NCBI GenBank assembly: GCA_964386765.1
Contig: CAYLUC010000001.1
Span: forward strand, 4,972-68,971
Reading direction: 5' to 3'
Origin: an uncultured Candidatus Poseidoniales archaeon
Lineage (GTDB): Archaea; Thermoplasmatota; Poseidoniia; Poseidoniales; Thalassarchaeaceae
Length of the DNA stretch: 64,000 bases
In this document: positions 50,275 through 60,680 of the stretch, in pieces
Layout: each line of letters opens with the position of its first letter
How positions within the stretch are numbered: the stretch's first letter is position 1
The notes under the pieces: model-generated
What the model was told of the DNA's origin: nothing
The model's input: the letters and a program-made list of their open reading frames with translations, nothing else
Database searches by the model: none
Translations under genes and position numbers: made by a program

Positions 50275-51518
50275 CTCTTCTCTACCAGTAGTTTTTCCCA
50301 TGGCCCTGTAGGTCCTGTGTAACTCCCAATTTCGCCTTCAGAACTAGTGTTACCGAATGAGTCGACTAACGCATCAATATCTATGAGACCATATCCATAA
50401 TGGTCATCGTGACCACTCTGCCCATCTTTCATCTGTGAGTTTTCCATAATCCTATTCTTGACATCATCGATGGCACCCTCTCCACCTTGCAACCCACCCC
50501 TTTGTAATTCTGGATGTGCCTGGAGAAGAACCGCGATAGACCCCGAGACCCATGCCGTGGCAGCTGATGTGCCACTGGACCAGCCCCACCATGCCCCATT
50601 CCCTATTCCACTGGCCATCAGAACTGGCACCTCATGCCCAGGCGCCACAATCTCGGGTTTCCTGTCTGGGTCTTGACGAGGGAGTATGGGGTTTGGCCAG
50701 AGCCTTCCATTGTTGTCTCCCTGCGAACTTCCTGACCAGATGTCTCCCGTTCTGGTAATTCCGCCAACGCAGATGACTCCCTCGACAGATCCGGGGGATT
50801 CGACATCCCCATCATCGTCATCCCCATCGTTACCTGCAGCTGCAACAACGAAAACGCCCTCTTCAATCGCATCTTCCACGGCTTGCTCCAATGCGTCAGT
50901 GCTGAAGAGCCCGGAGCCGAACCCCTGATCACCACCTAGGCTGAGCGAGACTATCTCAGCTCCCTCTTCGACGCACCAGTCCACTGCCTCTGCAATCGCT
51001 GAATCGGTCCCCGAGCCGTCGGAGCCAATCGCCTTCGCAACAATTAGGGAAACGCCGGGAGACGTCCCAGTCAGGCTCCCATCAGCCGCAATGATCCCTG
51101 CCATGGCAGTGCCGTGACCCTCGTCATCGTAAGGCTCCTGTGTGTCAGAAATGAAGTCCTTCCACGAGATAACATCCGCATTTCTTAAGTCAGGGTGAGT
51201 GGTATCTATTCCAGTATCTACAATGCATAAATCGATGCCTGATCCGTCAAACTCGGTGACTTCATCGATCCCTGTCATTTCTCGATATTCGTCCTCCCAC
51301 ACCAGCAGGGACGAGGCTGGTCCGCCTAGGGAGACATCTTCAATCTGGGCCCATGCCCAGAGCCCGATAATTAGTATGCTGAGAAAAACGACCAATCCCG
51401 AAACTACGCCTATTACCCACGGCAAAGCATCCCGAAATGCATCAGCACCTTCTCGCTCAACAATCTCACTATCTTGTTCCGATGGAGCTTGACTAACCAA
51501 CTTATTCTCATGATCCAT
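50211..51518 (-). CDS. Membrane-anchored S8 (subtilisin-like) serine peptidase
   Basis: N-terminal TM; VDTG, HGT, AAGN, SGTS catalytic motifs; YGYGLID; start uncertain. Confidence 0.9.
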   Translation of the reverse strand: MDHENKLVSQAPSEQDSEIVEREGADAFRDALPWVIGVVSGLVVFLSILIIGLWAWAQIEDVSLGGPASSLLVWEDEYREMTGIDEVTEFDGSGIDLCIVDTGIDTTHPDLRNADVISWKDFISDTQEPYDDEGHGTAMAGIIAADGSLTGTSPGVSLIVAKAIGSDGSGTDSAIAEAVDWCVEEGAEIVSLSLGGDQGFGSGLFSTDALEQAVEDAIEEGVFVVAAAGNDGDDDDGDVESPGSVEGVICVGGITRTGDIWSGSSQGDNNGRLWPNPILPRQDPDRKPEIVAPGHEVPVLMASGIGNGAWWGWSSGTSAATAWVSGSIAVLLQAHPELQRGGLQGGEGAIDDVKNRIMENSQMKDGQSGHDDHYGYGLIDIDALVDSFGNTSSEGEIGSYTGPTGPWEKLLVEKSQVARRTTARVPPVSSTNASV

Positions 51519-51564
51519 GTTGTCATTCTCTTTATGCCACGAAATATGGACCACCTCTTGGCTT

Positions 51565-52725
51565 TCACCAAGCCTCAGACTTAGAGAAGTGGCTGACCAC
51601 GGTGGTGTTCGAGCTGCATGACGGGCAGACCACCCTCGAGGGCAGAATGGTCGCACACTTCACACATGCATCTCCAGATTTCCCCTGGCCTTTGCATTCA
51701 GGGTCAGAACAACGAACCTCGATCTTCCCCGAGGGCCTCTTCGTCACAGGGGTCTCGCCCCCGCATACAGGGCAACTTCCCTGAATGCTCTGCGCCACGG
51801 ACGACGAACTCTCTCCTGCGACCTCCCTCGCCCTGGATGACCAGATCTGATGCTCCCCCCCTCCCAGCATGAAGTGCGGGTACCATAGAACGTGTAGTAG
51901 GAAGAAGTACGAGGCTATCCCCGAGAGAACGAACAATGCAGAGTAACCCATTATTCCATCCAAGATGGGGGGCCTATCTGCAACAGCATGAGATCCAGAC
52001 CAAGACATGATGTTTATCAGGATGGCCCAGATAGCAAGGCTCGAACTCCAAGCGTGCAATCTATGATCTTCCCAAGCCTTCTCTACCACTCTCGGATCGG
52101 GATGAGCATGCCTTTCCTCCACATGGACGTCTCTGGTTTCCACCACTGCCCGATGAACAACAAACCAACAAATGAAGAGAAGAATTAGATTAGAGAAAAG
52201 CACCCCTCCCCAGTCAGAAATCTCGGAATTAAATGGAAAATCGGGTGAATTAGCATGCGAGAATATGAATCCAAGTTGAATGGCGAACATTCCTGTAATT
52301 AGGAAAACTAAGTTCTCCCTCATGATGGGGAATCTAATCCACAATAGGGCGATTGAGGCCGCCCATGCCATTATCGAGAGAAGGGCGAGCATTCTGGTCC
52401 ATTCGTCCAGATGGAGGAAACCGCTGTCTTCCCCAAAAATCCCGGACCTCCCCCAGTCCCCCCCACTAGCAAGCTCGCCGATTCCAAAATCCCATGATCC
52501 TAGGACGATTGATGCCGAAGCAAGAAGTAACACGGACGCCTCATTGGCCCCCCACAACCGCCTAGAGGTCCTAACATGAAACGACGCTTGTTGAAGCAGG
52601 GTGTCAATAATACCTAGAAATTCATACCTTTCGCCAAACCTGGTTGGTAGTTCAATATCGGACAATCTCACTATCGAAGTGGTCCGAACATCGGCTTCAG
52701 AAAATCCTGACCTCCCGTCCTCCAT
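51565..52725 (-). CDS. Multi-pass membrane protein with C-terminal double zinc ribbon
   Basis: About 6 hydrophobic helices; CPVC, CSDPEC, CVKC, CPSC. Confidence 0.75.
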   Translation of the reverse strand: MEDGRSGFSEADVRTTSIVRLSDIELPTRFGERYEFLGIIDTLLQQASFHVRTSRRLWGANEASVLLLASASIVLGSWDFGIGELASGGDWGRSGIFGEDSGFLHLDEWTRMLALLSIMAWAASIALLWIRFPIMRENLVFLITGMFAIQLGFIFSHANSPDFPFNSEISDWGGVLFSNLILLFICWFVVHRAVVETRDVHVEERHAHPDPRVVEKAWEDHRLHAWSSSLAIWAILINIMSWSGSHAVADRPPILDGIMGYSALFVLSGIASYFFLLHVLWYPHFMLGGGEHQIWSSRAREVAGESSSSVAQSIQGSCPVCGGETPVTKRPSGKIEVRCSDPECKGQGKSGDACVKCATILPSRVVCPSCSSNTTVVSHFSKSEAW

Positions 52726-52797
52726 GCTCTTTGCCAAACGTCCGATGAGATAAGGGGCGCGCAAACACGCACGCTCTTCCTAGGAATATTCCTGATG

Positions 52798-52883
52798 TGG
52801 CGCCGAGACGGAGATTTGAACTCCGGAGGGATGAACCCACATGATTTCCAGTCATGCGCAATACCAGGCTATGCGATCTCGGC
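52798..52883 (-). tRNA. tRNA-Ser(GGA), CCA encoded
   Basis: Reverse complement GCCGAGA...CATGA-CTGGAAA-TCATG...GTTCAAATC...TCTCGGCGCCA with long variable arm. Confidence 0.95.
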
Positions 52884-52975
52884 AGTAGCCTTCCGAAAAT
52901 ACACAAGGTCTTGAGTTAATCGCTTCAATTTCGTGGCGTAACAGCCAAAGAGGAAACCGTTCTCGCTGTCGATGC

Positions 52976-53050
52976 GCCACTGTGGCTTAGGGGTATAGCA
53001 TCCCATTGGTAATGGGAAGGTCGGGAGTTCAATTCTCCCCAGTGGCTCCA
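52976..53050 (+). tRNA. tRNA-Thr(GGT), CCA encoded
   Basis: GCCACTG...TCCCA-TTGGTAA-TGGGA...GTTCAATTC...CAGTGGCTCCA. Confidence 0.95.
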
Positions 53051-53158
53051 AATTGACTCTATAATATCGCCATTATTCAATACAAATATATCTCCTAATG
53101 GCACTAATCGCATTTTCGGACCAATTGATTCATAATAGTGACAAGTCAAGCGCATTGC

Positions 53159-56100
53159 ATGTCGACAGACCGCAGGAGGCTCGCTGGAGCCTTAGTCCTC
53201 CTGATGTTGCTTGCACCCCTAACGAACGCCGCCACCACAGCCTGGTCCGGGCCATCTACGGTAAACCCCGATGAGTCCGTGACAGTTTCAGGTTTCCAAG
53301 TGCCGGGAAATGCCACCATACAAGATGGATGGCTCCATGTAACTGACTCACAAATGGCTAGTGATACTGACTCTGGATTTACATGGGAGGCGACCGACCT
53401 GGACTCCGGAGTTTTCTACAATACAGAGTTCACAGCGGACGAAACTATAGTTCTCATGGATGATGGTTCCAGATCAAACATAGACTCCTTCGACTCCGGA
53501 AATATAACTGTGTCAATGAACGACAGATTCACCTACACTCCAGGCTGGGAGAGGGTATACTCAATTTCCGAGGGCACGAATCTGACTTCCTGCAGTGGGG
53601 GTAATGGCACTTATCTTAGCCACGGCCCGGACAACGACTTCGACTCTTCACTGGACTCCAGTGAGATTACCGATGTGATATACTATTGCAGTGCAAACGC
53701 ACTTTCTGATGTCGTGACAGGACTAATTGTGTCGAATGCTGGATCCGGTTACTCGGCAGGAACCCTTTCCGCATCTGGCGGCGGCGGCTCCGGATTCTCT
53801 GGGAACTACTCAATCAGCTCAGGAATCGATAGCATCACAATACAAGCTGGAGGATCCAGCTTTTCTGCTAATGACAGCATAAACATCATCTGTCCGGGCG
53901 CCTGTGGCGGTTCCGGTGCAACAGCATATGTTGGTACCGTGAACAGTAACGGCGCAATAACATCAGTCGTCGTTTCCAATTCTGGCTCGGGTTACACACC
54001 TGACGACACAATCTACGTTATACCATCCGGGGGCAATGGTGCACAGTTGATTGCGGTCTTGGGAACTATTGGGCCAATTTACGATACAGAAATCATTTCA
54101 GGCGGATCGGGATACACTTCCGTACCTTCCATTTCAATTAGTGACACCTCCGGAACTGGTGGGTCAATAACCTCTGTCCTCGGTGGCTACTTTGACTACG
54201 AACTGACTGTAACCTCGGAGTCAGAGGGATCAAATTGCGGATATGGGGGATACAAGATAGATTCCGGACTCGACGTCGATGAAGACGGGACTCTGGGCAG
54301 TAACGAGATCTCCGACACTGAGTACATCTGCAATGGGCCCAGACTCTGGCAGGCAACCACACTATCTGGTATGAATGGGACCCTGTGGGGCGACCAAATC
54401 AACATGTCCTACGGAGTGATACCGGCGCAGGCGTCCGAGGGGCTCGTCGTGGCTGCAACACTTCCCGGCGAACCACTCCCAGCAGGTACTGACACTTTCT
54501 TCCTTACTGAAGCTGTAAGCGTCCCCGAATCCTCCCAGATGAACGCTTTCTACATGACCTTCGATCACTGGTACCACCTCGACAGCACATCATCAGGTGG
54601 CGGAGACGGTGCGTGGGTAGAGTACCGAATCAGGAATGGGCCAACCGCATGGGGGGACTGGACATGGATAGCTCCAGATGGAGGCTACCCAAGCACCATT
54701 TCCAGCGATGCCCCCTCCGTAAACGGGGCACCCACGGGAACTATGCCAGTATTCGCTTCAACGACACACAGCGGATGGGTATCGTCAAACATCTCCCTCC
54801 AGTCAATCAGCGGTATTACTTCGGCCACTCATATTCAGATGAAGTTCCACGTATGGACCGACCCGGATGCGTCTTACGAGAGGCCCGGCTGGTTCATCGA
54901 TAACATCCACTTCAACAACGACGGTGTTGACTACGGCGTCTGGCACCATGGCTGCTACACCACTACTGCCTCTTATTGCAACTATATGGGCAACGCGTAT
55001 GGGGCTCTACAGAGGACCATTGACCTTACTGGAACAAACAGCACTTCTGCAATTGAGATTGACATGGAGTGGGATCTTTGGGGGTACCTCAATGACAACG
55101 CCTGCGTTGAGCTATCCCTGAACAACAACACATGGACGGACATCTCCTCCTCCACCTCCTCCACAACAACCGTTTGTGAGGACAGGAGCGGCGCAATTCC
55201 CGGCTATGGGTACGCCGATGCATCGGGAACAACGTATGGCCAGCAGAGCAATGGAATCAGGACGATTTCACTCGACATCCCGTCTACGTTCAGGAACCAA
55301 GCTTCCGTTCACCTGAGGATAGTCGTTGATACAGATCAGTACACACACTACGGGGGCAGCTATCCTGGCGACCAGAAGGAAGGGGTGACTGTGGACGCCA
55401 TCAGAGTCGTAGACTACAACGACACTGTACTTTTCCAAGATCTGGTCGAGACTCCCTCATCCATGTCCCACTACGGCGTAAACCAAGGGATCGACCAATG
55501 GACTCACTATATCTGGACAAGAGGCGTTCAGAGCGTCCAAATGGGGTTCGAGGACAGCACCGCGAGTGACCCGGCAACCACGAACTCGGCCGGTTGGTCG
55601 AAGTCGGGCTCGACAGGAGCTTGCGGCTGGCAGTATGGACAACTCGGCTCAGCTTCAGGAGCTGGTACACAGGAGCCTTCGTTCCCATACCTCTATGGTA
55701 CGAATCTAAATGGAAATTACTGCAACAACGCAGATGCGTATGTTAAGTCACCAGTCTACTCCATCCCCTCGAACGGCTCAACCCAGTTGACATTCGATAA
55801 GTGGGTATGCACTGAGAACTACTGGGATGCGGTAGGACTTTACATCAAGGTAAACAACGGTGGCTGGCAATACTTCGACCCAGGAATTGCAGGGTGGTAC
55901 GACGGCTCAGTTGGATACTCAGGAAACGCGATGTACGGAAACAACGCTTGGATGAGTGGTGACTGCGCCAACGGCGGAGTTTTCGAGACCCTGGTCGCCC
56001 CGTTGGATTCCTATGCCGGTGACGACCTCAGGTTCAGGTTCAGAATAGACACGGATGCCTCCGTAAACGGGTATGGGGGCGGCTACATCGACAACTTCGG

Positions 56101-59100
56101 GATACTCCTTGCAAATTACGGAGAGGGTGGAGCATGGCTCAGCCCCTCATTCGACGCTTCAGAGATGGACGACTTCAATTTGGGGTGGGTAGACATTACC
56201 GCTAGCATTCCAAATGACACTTGGGTTCGTGGGACTCTCGTCGATCAGGCCTCAGGTGAGGACATACCCGGTTTCACTAATGTGTCCTTCCCGATATCCC
56301 TCGCAGGAGTAGATACGACCACATACCCTCAGATCAGACTGAAGGTGCTCATGGACACAAATGACGAGGAGTCCACACCACAACTGATGAAGGTACACGT
56401 TGGAGGAAAGAGGGTTCTCGCAGCATCTTCCTACAATGGCAACGGTTGGGATATGAGTACCGGCGTCGAGGTCGTAGACGGCGTCATCAATGCAACATCT
56501 ATTGCAGGAACGATAACATCCCAGTTTACACCATCTTCCAGGCCAATTAAGAGCGTAAACCTAGGTGGTAACTACTCAGGTGGAATAATGGTGACAATCC
56601 TCGACTCAAATGGCGGAACTCTGGGCCAGTCTACCCAAGGAGGAGTCGCTTTCACATACCCGCAACCCGGTTTCGGAGTCTCAGTCAGCCTCCCCACAAA
56701 CGGATGGATCGACAGGCTTGTGATAACCGCAGATTTCGCCGAGCCAGCCGAATCCCCCTCGATTGACGTCCTGAACGACGGGACAACAGAGTGGTCATTC
56801 CCCTTCGGTTCCGACTACGGGCACTATGGTTGGCAGTCCCTTATATCGGATGGACTGGATACGTTCACAACTAGCGAAACGATGTACCTTGATGGCTCCA
56901 CTGCGAGCACCGTAAACGTGAGGCTACCGGCAAACAGTGTTGTCAACAACGGAATCGTATCGGTCGCCCCTGACTCAAATGGTTTCGAATCTTCGGTCAG
57001 CGTCTCCGTCGCAGGCGCTTCCCAGAGCAGCACGTCATCCAGTAAGCCATTCCATTCAATTATGGACTCCAGCCAGATCATGGCTATCAACTCACTAACT
57101 GGTACGCACACCGATAGCGAAACTGGGAGGGTCTGGAAGGAAGTACCAATCAGTATTAGCTCCAATACCGCCCAGACCGTTTCATTGTCTAGAATTGGCT
57201 TCAGTTACCTGATATTCGAGAATGTTTCAGGACTCGGTAGCATGGTGTCGTCATATCACGATTCACAGACTCAGGATGACCCCCCTCCAAATGACGTCTC
57301 AATCCCGGTAACCATTTCTGCTGTCGCAGGCGCTGTATCGATCGATGGAGATCTGAAATTCGACTACATTCTGACCAACAGGGACTTCCAGGTGCCAAAC
57401 ACGTTGTACCCGGATGGCAACTCAGTCGAGATTGTCACCAAGCATCACCATCTAGATGACAACTCGATGATATCACACATCACCCTCAAGGGATCAGCCT
57501 CGGATGGGCAGATACTGATGTTCGAAGTAGAGAATAGCGCGGACGGCCTGTGGGGCCAGGGCTCAGAGGCAGTTTCTTTCTCGCAAACGTCAGGCAGCAG
57601 CGTAGCTCCTATGGACGGCTCATCTAATGTCGCCATAACTACCCATAATGACGGATTTGACGACGTCTCCGTTCACTGGATATTCGATGTGAACTGGAAC
57701 TGGGACGACGTAGACTCAATTCGTTGGGTCGCACAAGCTTACGACGACTACGGAGAGACCGTATGGCCTGCAGTTTCCCATAGCGGGCAGGGAGGGTCCA
57801 AGGCAGTTGAGAACGACTTACAGATAGACTCCTTCGAAGTCAGGGACGAATTTGGGAGGCTGCTTTCAAACCAGTACTCATCGTTCTATCCATTCCCTGC
57901 CAAGGAGGGCAACGACCTCAACATTACTGGATTAGTTAGGTTCCAAGACTCCCCCAGTGCGAGACCCGCCATGTCGGATTTCCAAGTGGGCCTGAACATG
58001 TCCGGTTCACTCTTCTCACTGACTGTCGGTGACGATGGCTACTTTGGTGGAATGGTGACTCCTGATCCCGGACTATCGCAAGTCACTGTCTCTCCGATGA
58101 TGCTGTCCGTTGGGCCCACAGGATATAGCGTGGGCGCTGAGGACGTCACTGGAGTGCCTCCGCAGATAACGGTGACCATGGACTCTAACCCCCCTGTTGC
58201 AGGACCCATGCAAGTTAACACCCCAACAGGACTTCAAGATGCTCACGCCAAGGTATGGGAGCCAACCGTCCCACTTTCGATATTCGTAACAATTGATGAG
58301 GGTGAAGCAAGGGGCGAATCCCTCACTATGAGGTATTGGAGGGGTAGCGTCGACGACGCAAACTCAGACGGAGTGGCAGATGAATCGGAGTACATGTCAC
58401 AGTCACAGCCCCTTTCCGCAGGAATGACAGGGCAGCAGCAGGTGAACTTCGTTTCAATCGATGTTTCCGCCCAGGAATTCAATAGTCCAGTACACCTCTA
58501 TCTGGAGGGGACTGACTGGGCCGGACTCTCATATCAGGAAGGAAACTCAGGAGGCGGCCCAGGGGCCGAGAATTCATGGGCCACTGTTATCGTAGCAACC
58601 GATGAACCAACATCCATTCTATCATCTGGCTACGATCTCGACTCAGAGATAGGGTATCTACTTGCAGGGGTGCAGCATACATTCACCATGCAGATTGACG
58701 AGGCAAATGGTATAGACACCTTGGACAACGTTACTGTGATGCTCTGTGGAGACGGACCGACCCAATTGGGCAAGATGTCCTATGATCCATCCAGAGGCAT
58801 ACTGTGGTCCGCCACTGACAGCCTGGTGACGCCTATTGGCGTGCAAACACAGCAGATTACATCGGCTGTAACCCAACTGTCAATACAGTTCGAACTGTCG
58901 TGGTACTTCCCTTGGAACCATGATGACCCCGAGACTGAAGAATTTGAAGGGCAATCGAGTTGCAAGCCCAGCGTCAGCATAATGGATGATCTAAACACTG
59001 TCGCATACCAGAACAACATAGGCGAACTGTCTTGGGACTTGGATAACAGATTCGTTGCCGTTCCAAGCGTCCTTTCGGACTTAACAATGCCTGTAATGGA

Positions 59101-60367
59101 GAACGACGGGGAATCCCTCTATCTGAGGCAGGGCGACGAATTCACCATCGATGGTTCCGTCCATTACGCTGGTTCAGGCGTAGTGGCATCTGATATTCCT
59201 GATGATCTAATGGTGGAGGCGATGGTTGTATATGGGACCCAAGAAGTCATTGTGACATCAGGGGTCGAGTCGGACGGCTCATTCTCAGTGTCTATGGTAC
59301 TTCCTGCAAGAGTTCCCTTGAATCCAACAATGCCCGTGCAGACCGATTTGCTGAACATGAGGGGGGAAGGAACGTCAGTTACGAACAGCGACGTATCGGT
59401 AACAGTGGACAGCAAGTCGCCGACTGCGCTGTTCGATCAAATGGCCTATCCCGACTCTTCTCTGACCATAATTGAGTCCGATCTCGTGGATGATGTCACA
59501 GTCACCATCACAATGAATGATGAGATTGGGATGGAAGATGGTCCCTTGCAGGTCGCTTGGTACTACTTGAGAGGTGGAATTCAAGTTGCAGGAACAGAGG
59601 ACACCGGTGAACTCCAACTCATTTCAGAGGGAGATGGAAGTGCGGTATACCAGTCACACATCGACTTCACACCCCTCAATAGCATGAAGATTGAGCAAGG
59701 CGACCAGATAGCATTCTACATCACGTCAACTGACAAGGCCGGAAATGAGGTATCAGGTCTGGGTAGTGAGCCAGCACCTAGAATCCCCACACTTAGGATC
59801 ATGGAATTCCTCGGTCAGTATTCGCGCTCGATAGTTAGTACCGGAACTCCGTTGATGGGCGAGACGGTCAAGATAGACACATTCTGGGAGAACCCAGGAA
59901 AGAGGGATGGAATGGTTACTGTCGGGCTATACGAACTCACCCTTGAGGAAGGCGCTGACGGGATGTTGGAGCAGAGGTGGCAGGCCTCTGTAACATCGCA
60001 GTCGGGAGATACAGAGATAGATCTGCCCGCTGAATCTACGAGCGTCAGGGCCACATTCATGTGGGAGGCGACATCACCTGGTCAGCCTGACCTGTACCTA
60101 GTTATCGATATCGACGGCGACGGGCAGCTCACAGAGATCGACTTCGCTGCTGCAAATACTCCAATTACTGGAATTAGTGTGGTTCCACCGCCTTCTTCGG
60201 AAGAAGGCTCTGACTCATCAATCATGATCATTGGGGTGGTAGTCATAGTCGCCATAGCCATGATAGGTTTCTTCATGTCCAGAGGCAGGGGCGATGATGA
60301 CTTCTACTATGACGATGAAGATGATGAGTATTACGAAGACGGAACATGGCAGTCAGAAGAAGATTAG
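53159..60367 (+). CDS. Giant (about 2400 aa) secreted, C-terminally anchored surface protein with GSGY repeats, jelly-roll-like repeats and Ig-like domains
   Basis: Signal peptide RRRLAGALVLLMLLAPL; Ser/Gly/Thr/Asp-rich; repeated DG..VE / GW.ID motifs; TM then RGRG and an acidic Tyr-rich tail. Confidence 0.82.
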   Translation: MSTDRRRLAGALVLLMLLAPLTNAATTAWSGPSTVNPDESVTVSGFQVPGNATIQDGWLHVTDSQMASDTDSGFTWEATDLDSGVFYNTEFTADETIVLMDDGSRSNIDSFDSGNITVSMNDRFTYTPGWERVYSISEGTNLTSCSGGNGTYLSHGPDNDFDSSLDSSEITDVIYYCSANALSDVVTGLIVSNAGSGYSAGTLSASGGGGSGFSGNYSISSGIDSITIQAGGSSFSANDSINIICPGACGGSGATAYVGTVNSNGAITSVVVSNSGSGYTPDDTIYVIPSGGNGAQLIAVLGTIGPIYDTEIISGGSGYTSVPSISISDTSGTGGSITSVLGGYFDYELTVTSESEGSNCGYGGYKIDSGLDVDEDGTLGSNEISDTEYICNGPRLWQATTLSGMNGTLWGDQINMSYGVIPAQASEGLVVAATLPGEPLPAGTDTFFLTEAVSVPESSQMNAFYMTFDHWYHLDSTSSGGGDGAWVEYRIRNGPTAWGDWTWIAPDGGYPSTISSDAPSVNGAPTGTMPVFASTTHSGWVSSNISLQSISGITSATHIQMKFHVWTDPDASYERPGWFIDNIHFNNDGVDYGVWHHGCYTTTASYCNYMGNAYGALQRTIDLTGTNSTSAIEIDMEWDLWGYLNDNACVELSLNNNTWTDISSSTSSTTTVCEDRSGAIPGYGYADASGTTYGQQSNGIRTISLDIPSTFRNQASVHLRIVVDTDQYTHYGGSYPGDQKEGVTVDAIRVVDYNDTVLFQDLVETPSSMSHYGVNQGIDQWTHYIWTRGVQSVQMGFEDSTASDPATTNSAGWSKSGSTGACGWQYGQLGSASGAGTQEPSFPYLYGTNLNGNYCNNADAYVKSPVYSIPSNGSTQLTFDKWVCTENYWDAVGLYIKVNNGGWQYFDPGIAGWYDGSVGYSGNAMYGNNAWMSGDCANGGVFETLVAPLDSYAGDDLRFRFRIDTDASVNGYGGGYIDNFGILLANYGEGGAWLSPSFDASEMDDFNLGWVDITASIPNDTWVRGTLVDQASGEDIPGFTNVSFPISLAGVDTTTYPQIRLKVLMDTNDEESTPQLMKVHVGGKRVLAASSYNGNGWDMSTGVEVVDGVINATSIAGTITSQFTPSSRPIKSVNLGGNYSGGIMVTILDSNGGTLGQSTQGGVAFTYPQPGFGVSVSLPTNGWIDRLVITADFAEPAESPSIDVLNDGTTEWSFPFGSDYGHYGWQSLISDGLDTFTTSETMYLDGSTASTVNVRLPANSVVNNGIVSVAPDSNGFESSVSVSVAGASQSSTSSSKPFHSIMDSSQIMAINSLTGTHTDSETGRVWKEVPISISSNTAQTVSLSRIGFSYLIFENVSGLGSMVSSYHDSQTQDDPPPNDVSIPVTISAVAGAVSIDGDLKFDYILTNRDFQVPNTLYPDGNSVEIVTKHHHLDDNSMISHITLKGSASDGQILMFEVENSADGLWGQGSEAVSFSQTSGSSVAPMDGSSNVAITTHNDGFDDVSVHWIFDVNWNWDDVDSIRWVAQAYDDYGETVWPAVSHSGQGGSKAVENDLQIDSFEVRDEFGRLLSNQYSSFYPFPAKEGNDLNITGLVRFQDSPSARPAMSDFQVGLNMSGSLFSLTVGDDGYFGGMVTPDPGLSQVTVSPMMLSVGPTGYSVGAEDVTGVPPQITVTMDSNPPVAGPMQVNTPTGLQDAHAKVWEPTVPLSIFVTIDEGEARGESLTMRYWRGSVDDANSDGVADESEYMSQSQPLSAGMTGQQQVNFVSIDVSAQEFNSPVHLYLEGTDWAGLSYQEGNSGGGPGAENSWATVIVATDEPTSILSSGYDLDSEIGYLLAGVQHTFTMQIDEANGIDTLDNVTVMLCGDGPTQLGKMSYDPSRGILWSATDSLVTPIGVQTQQITSAVTQLSIQFELSWYFPWNHDDPETEEFEGQSSCKPSVSIMDDLNTVAYQNNIGELSWDLDNRFVAVPSVLSDLTMPVMENDGESLYLRQGDEFTIDGSVHYAGSGVVASDIPDDLMVEAMVVYGTQEVIVTSGVESDGSFSVSMVLPARVPLNPTMPVQTDLLNMRGEGTSVTNSDVSVTVDSKSPTALFDQMAYPDSSLTIIESDLVDDVTVTITMNDEIGMEDGPLQVAWYYLRGGIQVAGTEDTGELQLISEGDGSAVYQSHIDFTPLNSMKIEQGDQIAFYITSTDKAGNEVSGLGSEPAPRIPTLRIMEFLGQYSRSIVSTGTPLMGETVKIDTFWENPGKRDGMVTVGLYELTLEEGADGMLEQRWQASVTSQSGDTEIDLPAESTSVRATFMWEATSPGQPDLYLVIDIDGDGQLTEIDFAAANTPITGISVVPPPSSEEGSDSSIMIIGVVVIVAIAMIGFFMSRGRGDDDFYYDDEDDEYYEDGTWQSEED

Positions 60368-60439
60368 CCGGATTAGCCCATTTCCTCACGGAAACGCCTC
60401 CGAGCGTCAGCTTGACCTTTGGTGTTTATAGGCCAATTT

Positions 60440-60450
60440 GAACGCTTTAT
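60440..60450 (+). promoter_or_regulatory. BRE/TATA-like element
   Basis: GAACGCTTTAT, matching GAACGCTTTAA at 15059; about 35 nt upstream of GTG 60485. Confidence 0.45.
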
Positions 60451-60484
60451 GCAACGAGGAAGGGATTCCTCGGGATGGGATTGC

Positions 60485-60655
60485 GTGACAGGGGACGGCG
60501 ATAGCTTAACGATTGACGAGATGAGAGAGGAGGTGGAGGAGCTGAGGAATCTTGTGAAAACCCTCCTTACGATAATAATGGAGGAGTCCGACGGGGTTCA
60601 AACGGGCGCAGCACCACCTATCCCCAACCAACCCAGACGTGGATACTGCATGTGA
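60485..60655 (+). CDS. Small coiled-coil hypothetical protein
   Basis: EMREEVEELRNLVKTLLTII heptad pattern; start chosen downstream of the promoter-like element. Confidence 0.55.
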   Translation: MTGDGDSLTIDEMREEVEELRNLVKTLLTIIMEESDGVQTGAAPPIPNQPRRGYCM

Positions 60656-60680
60656 AATACTACTTCCTTCTGGAGTGGCC

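Noticed and set aside
52869-53155. ORFs 52869-53051 and 52925-53155
   Set aside because: They overlap tRNA genes on the opposite strand; spurious
60360-60440. attR-like duplication of the tRNA-Thr 3' end after the giant gene
   Set aside because: No copy of the tRNA end found; only a short GATTAGCC duplication
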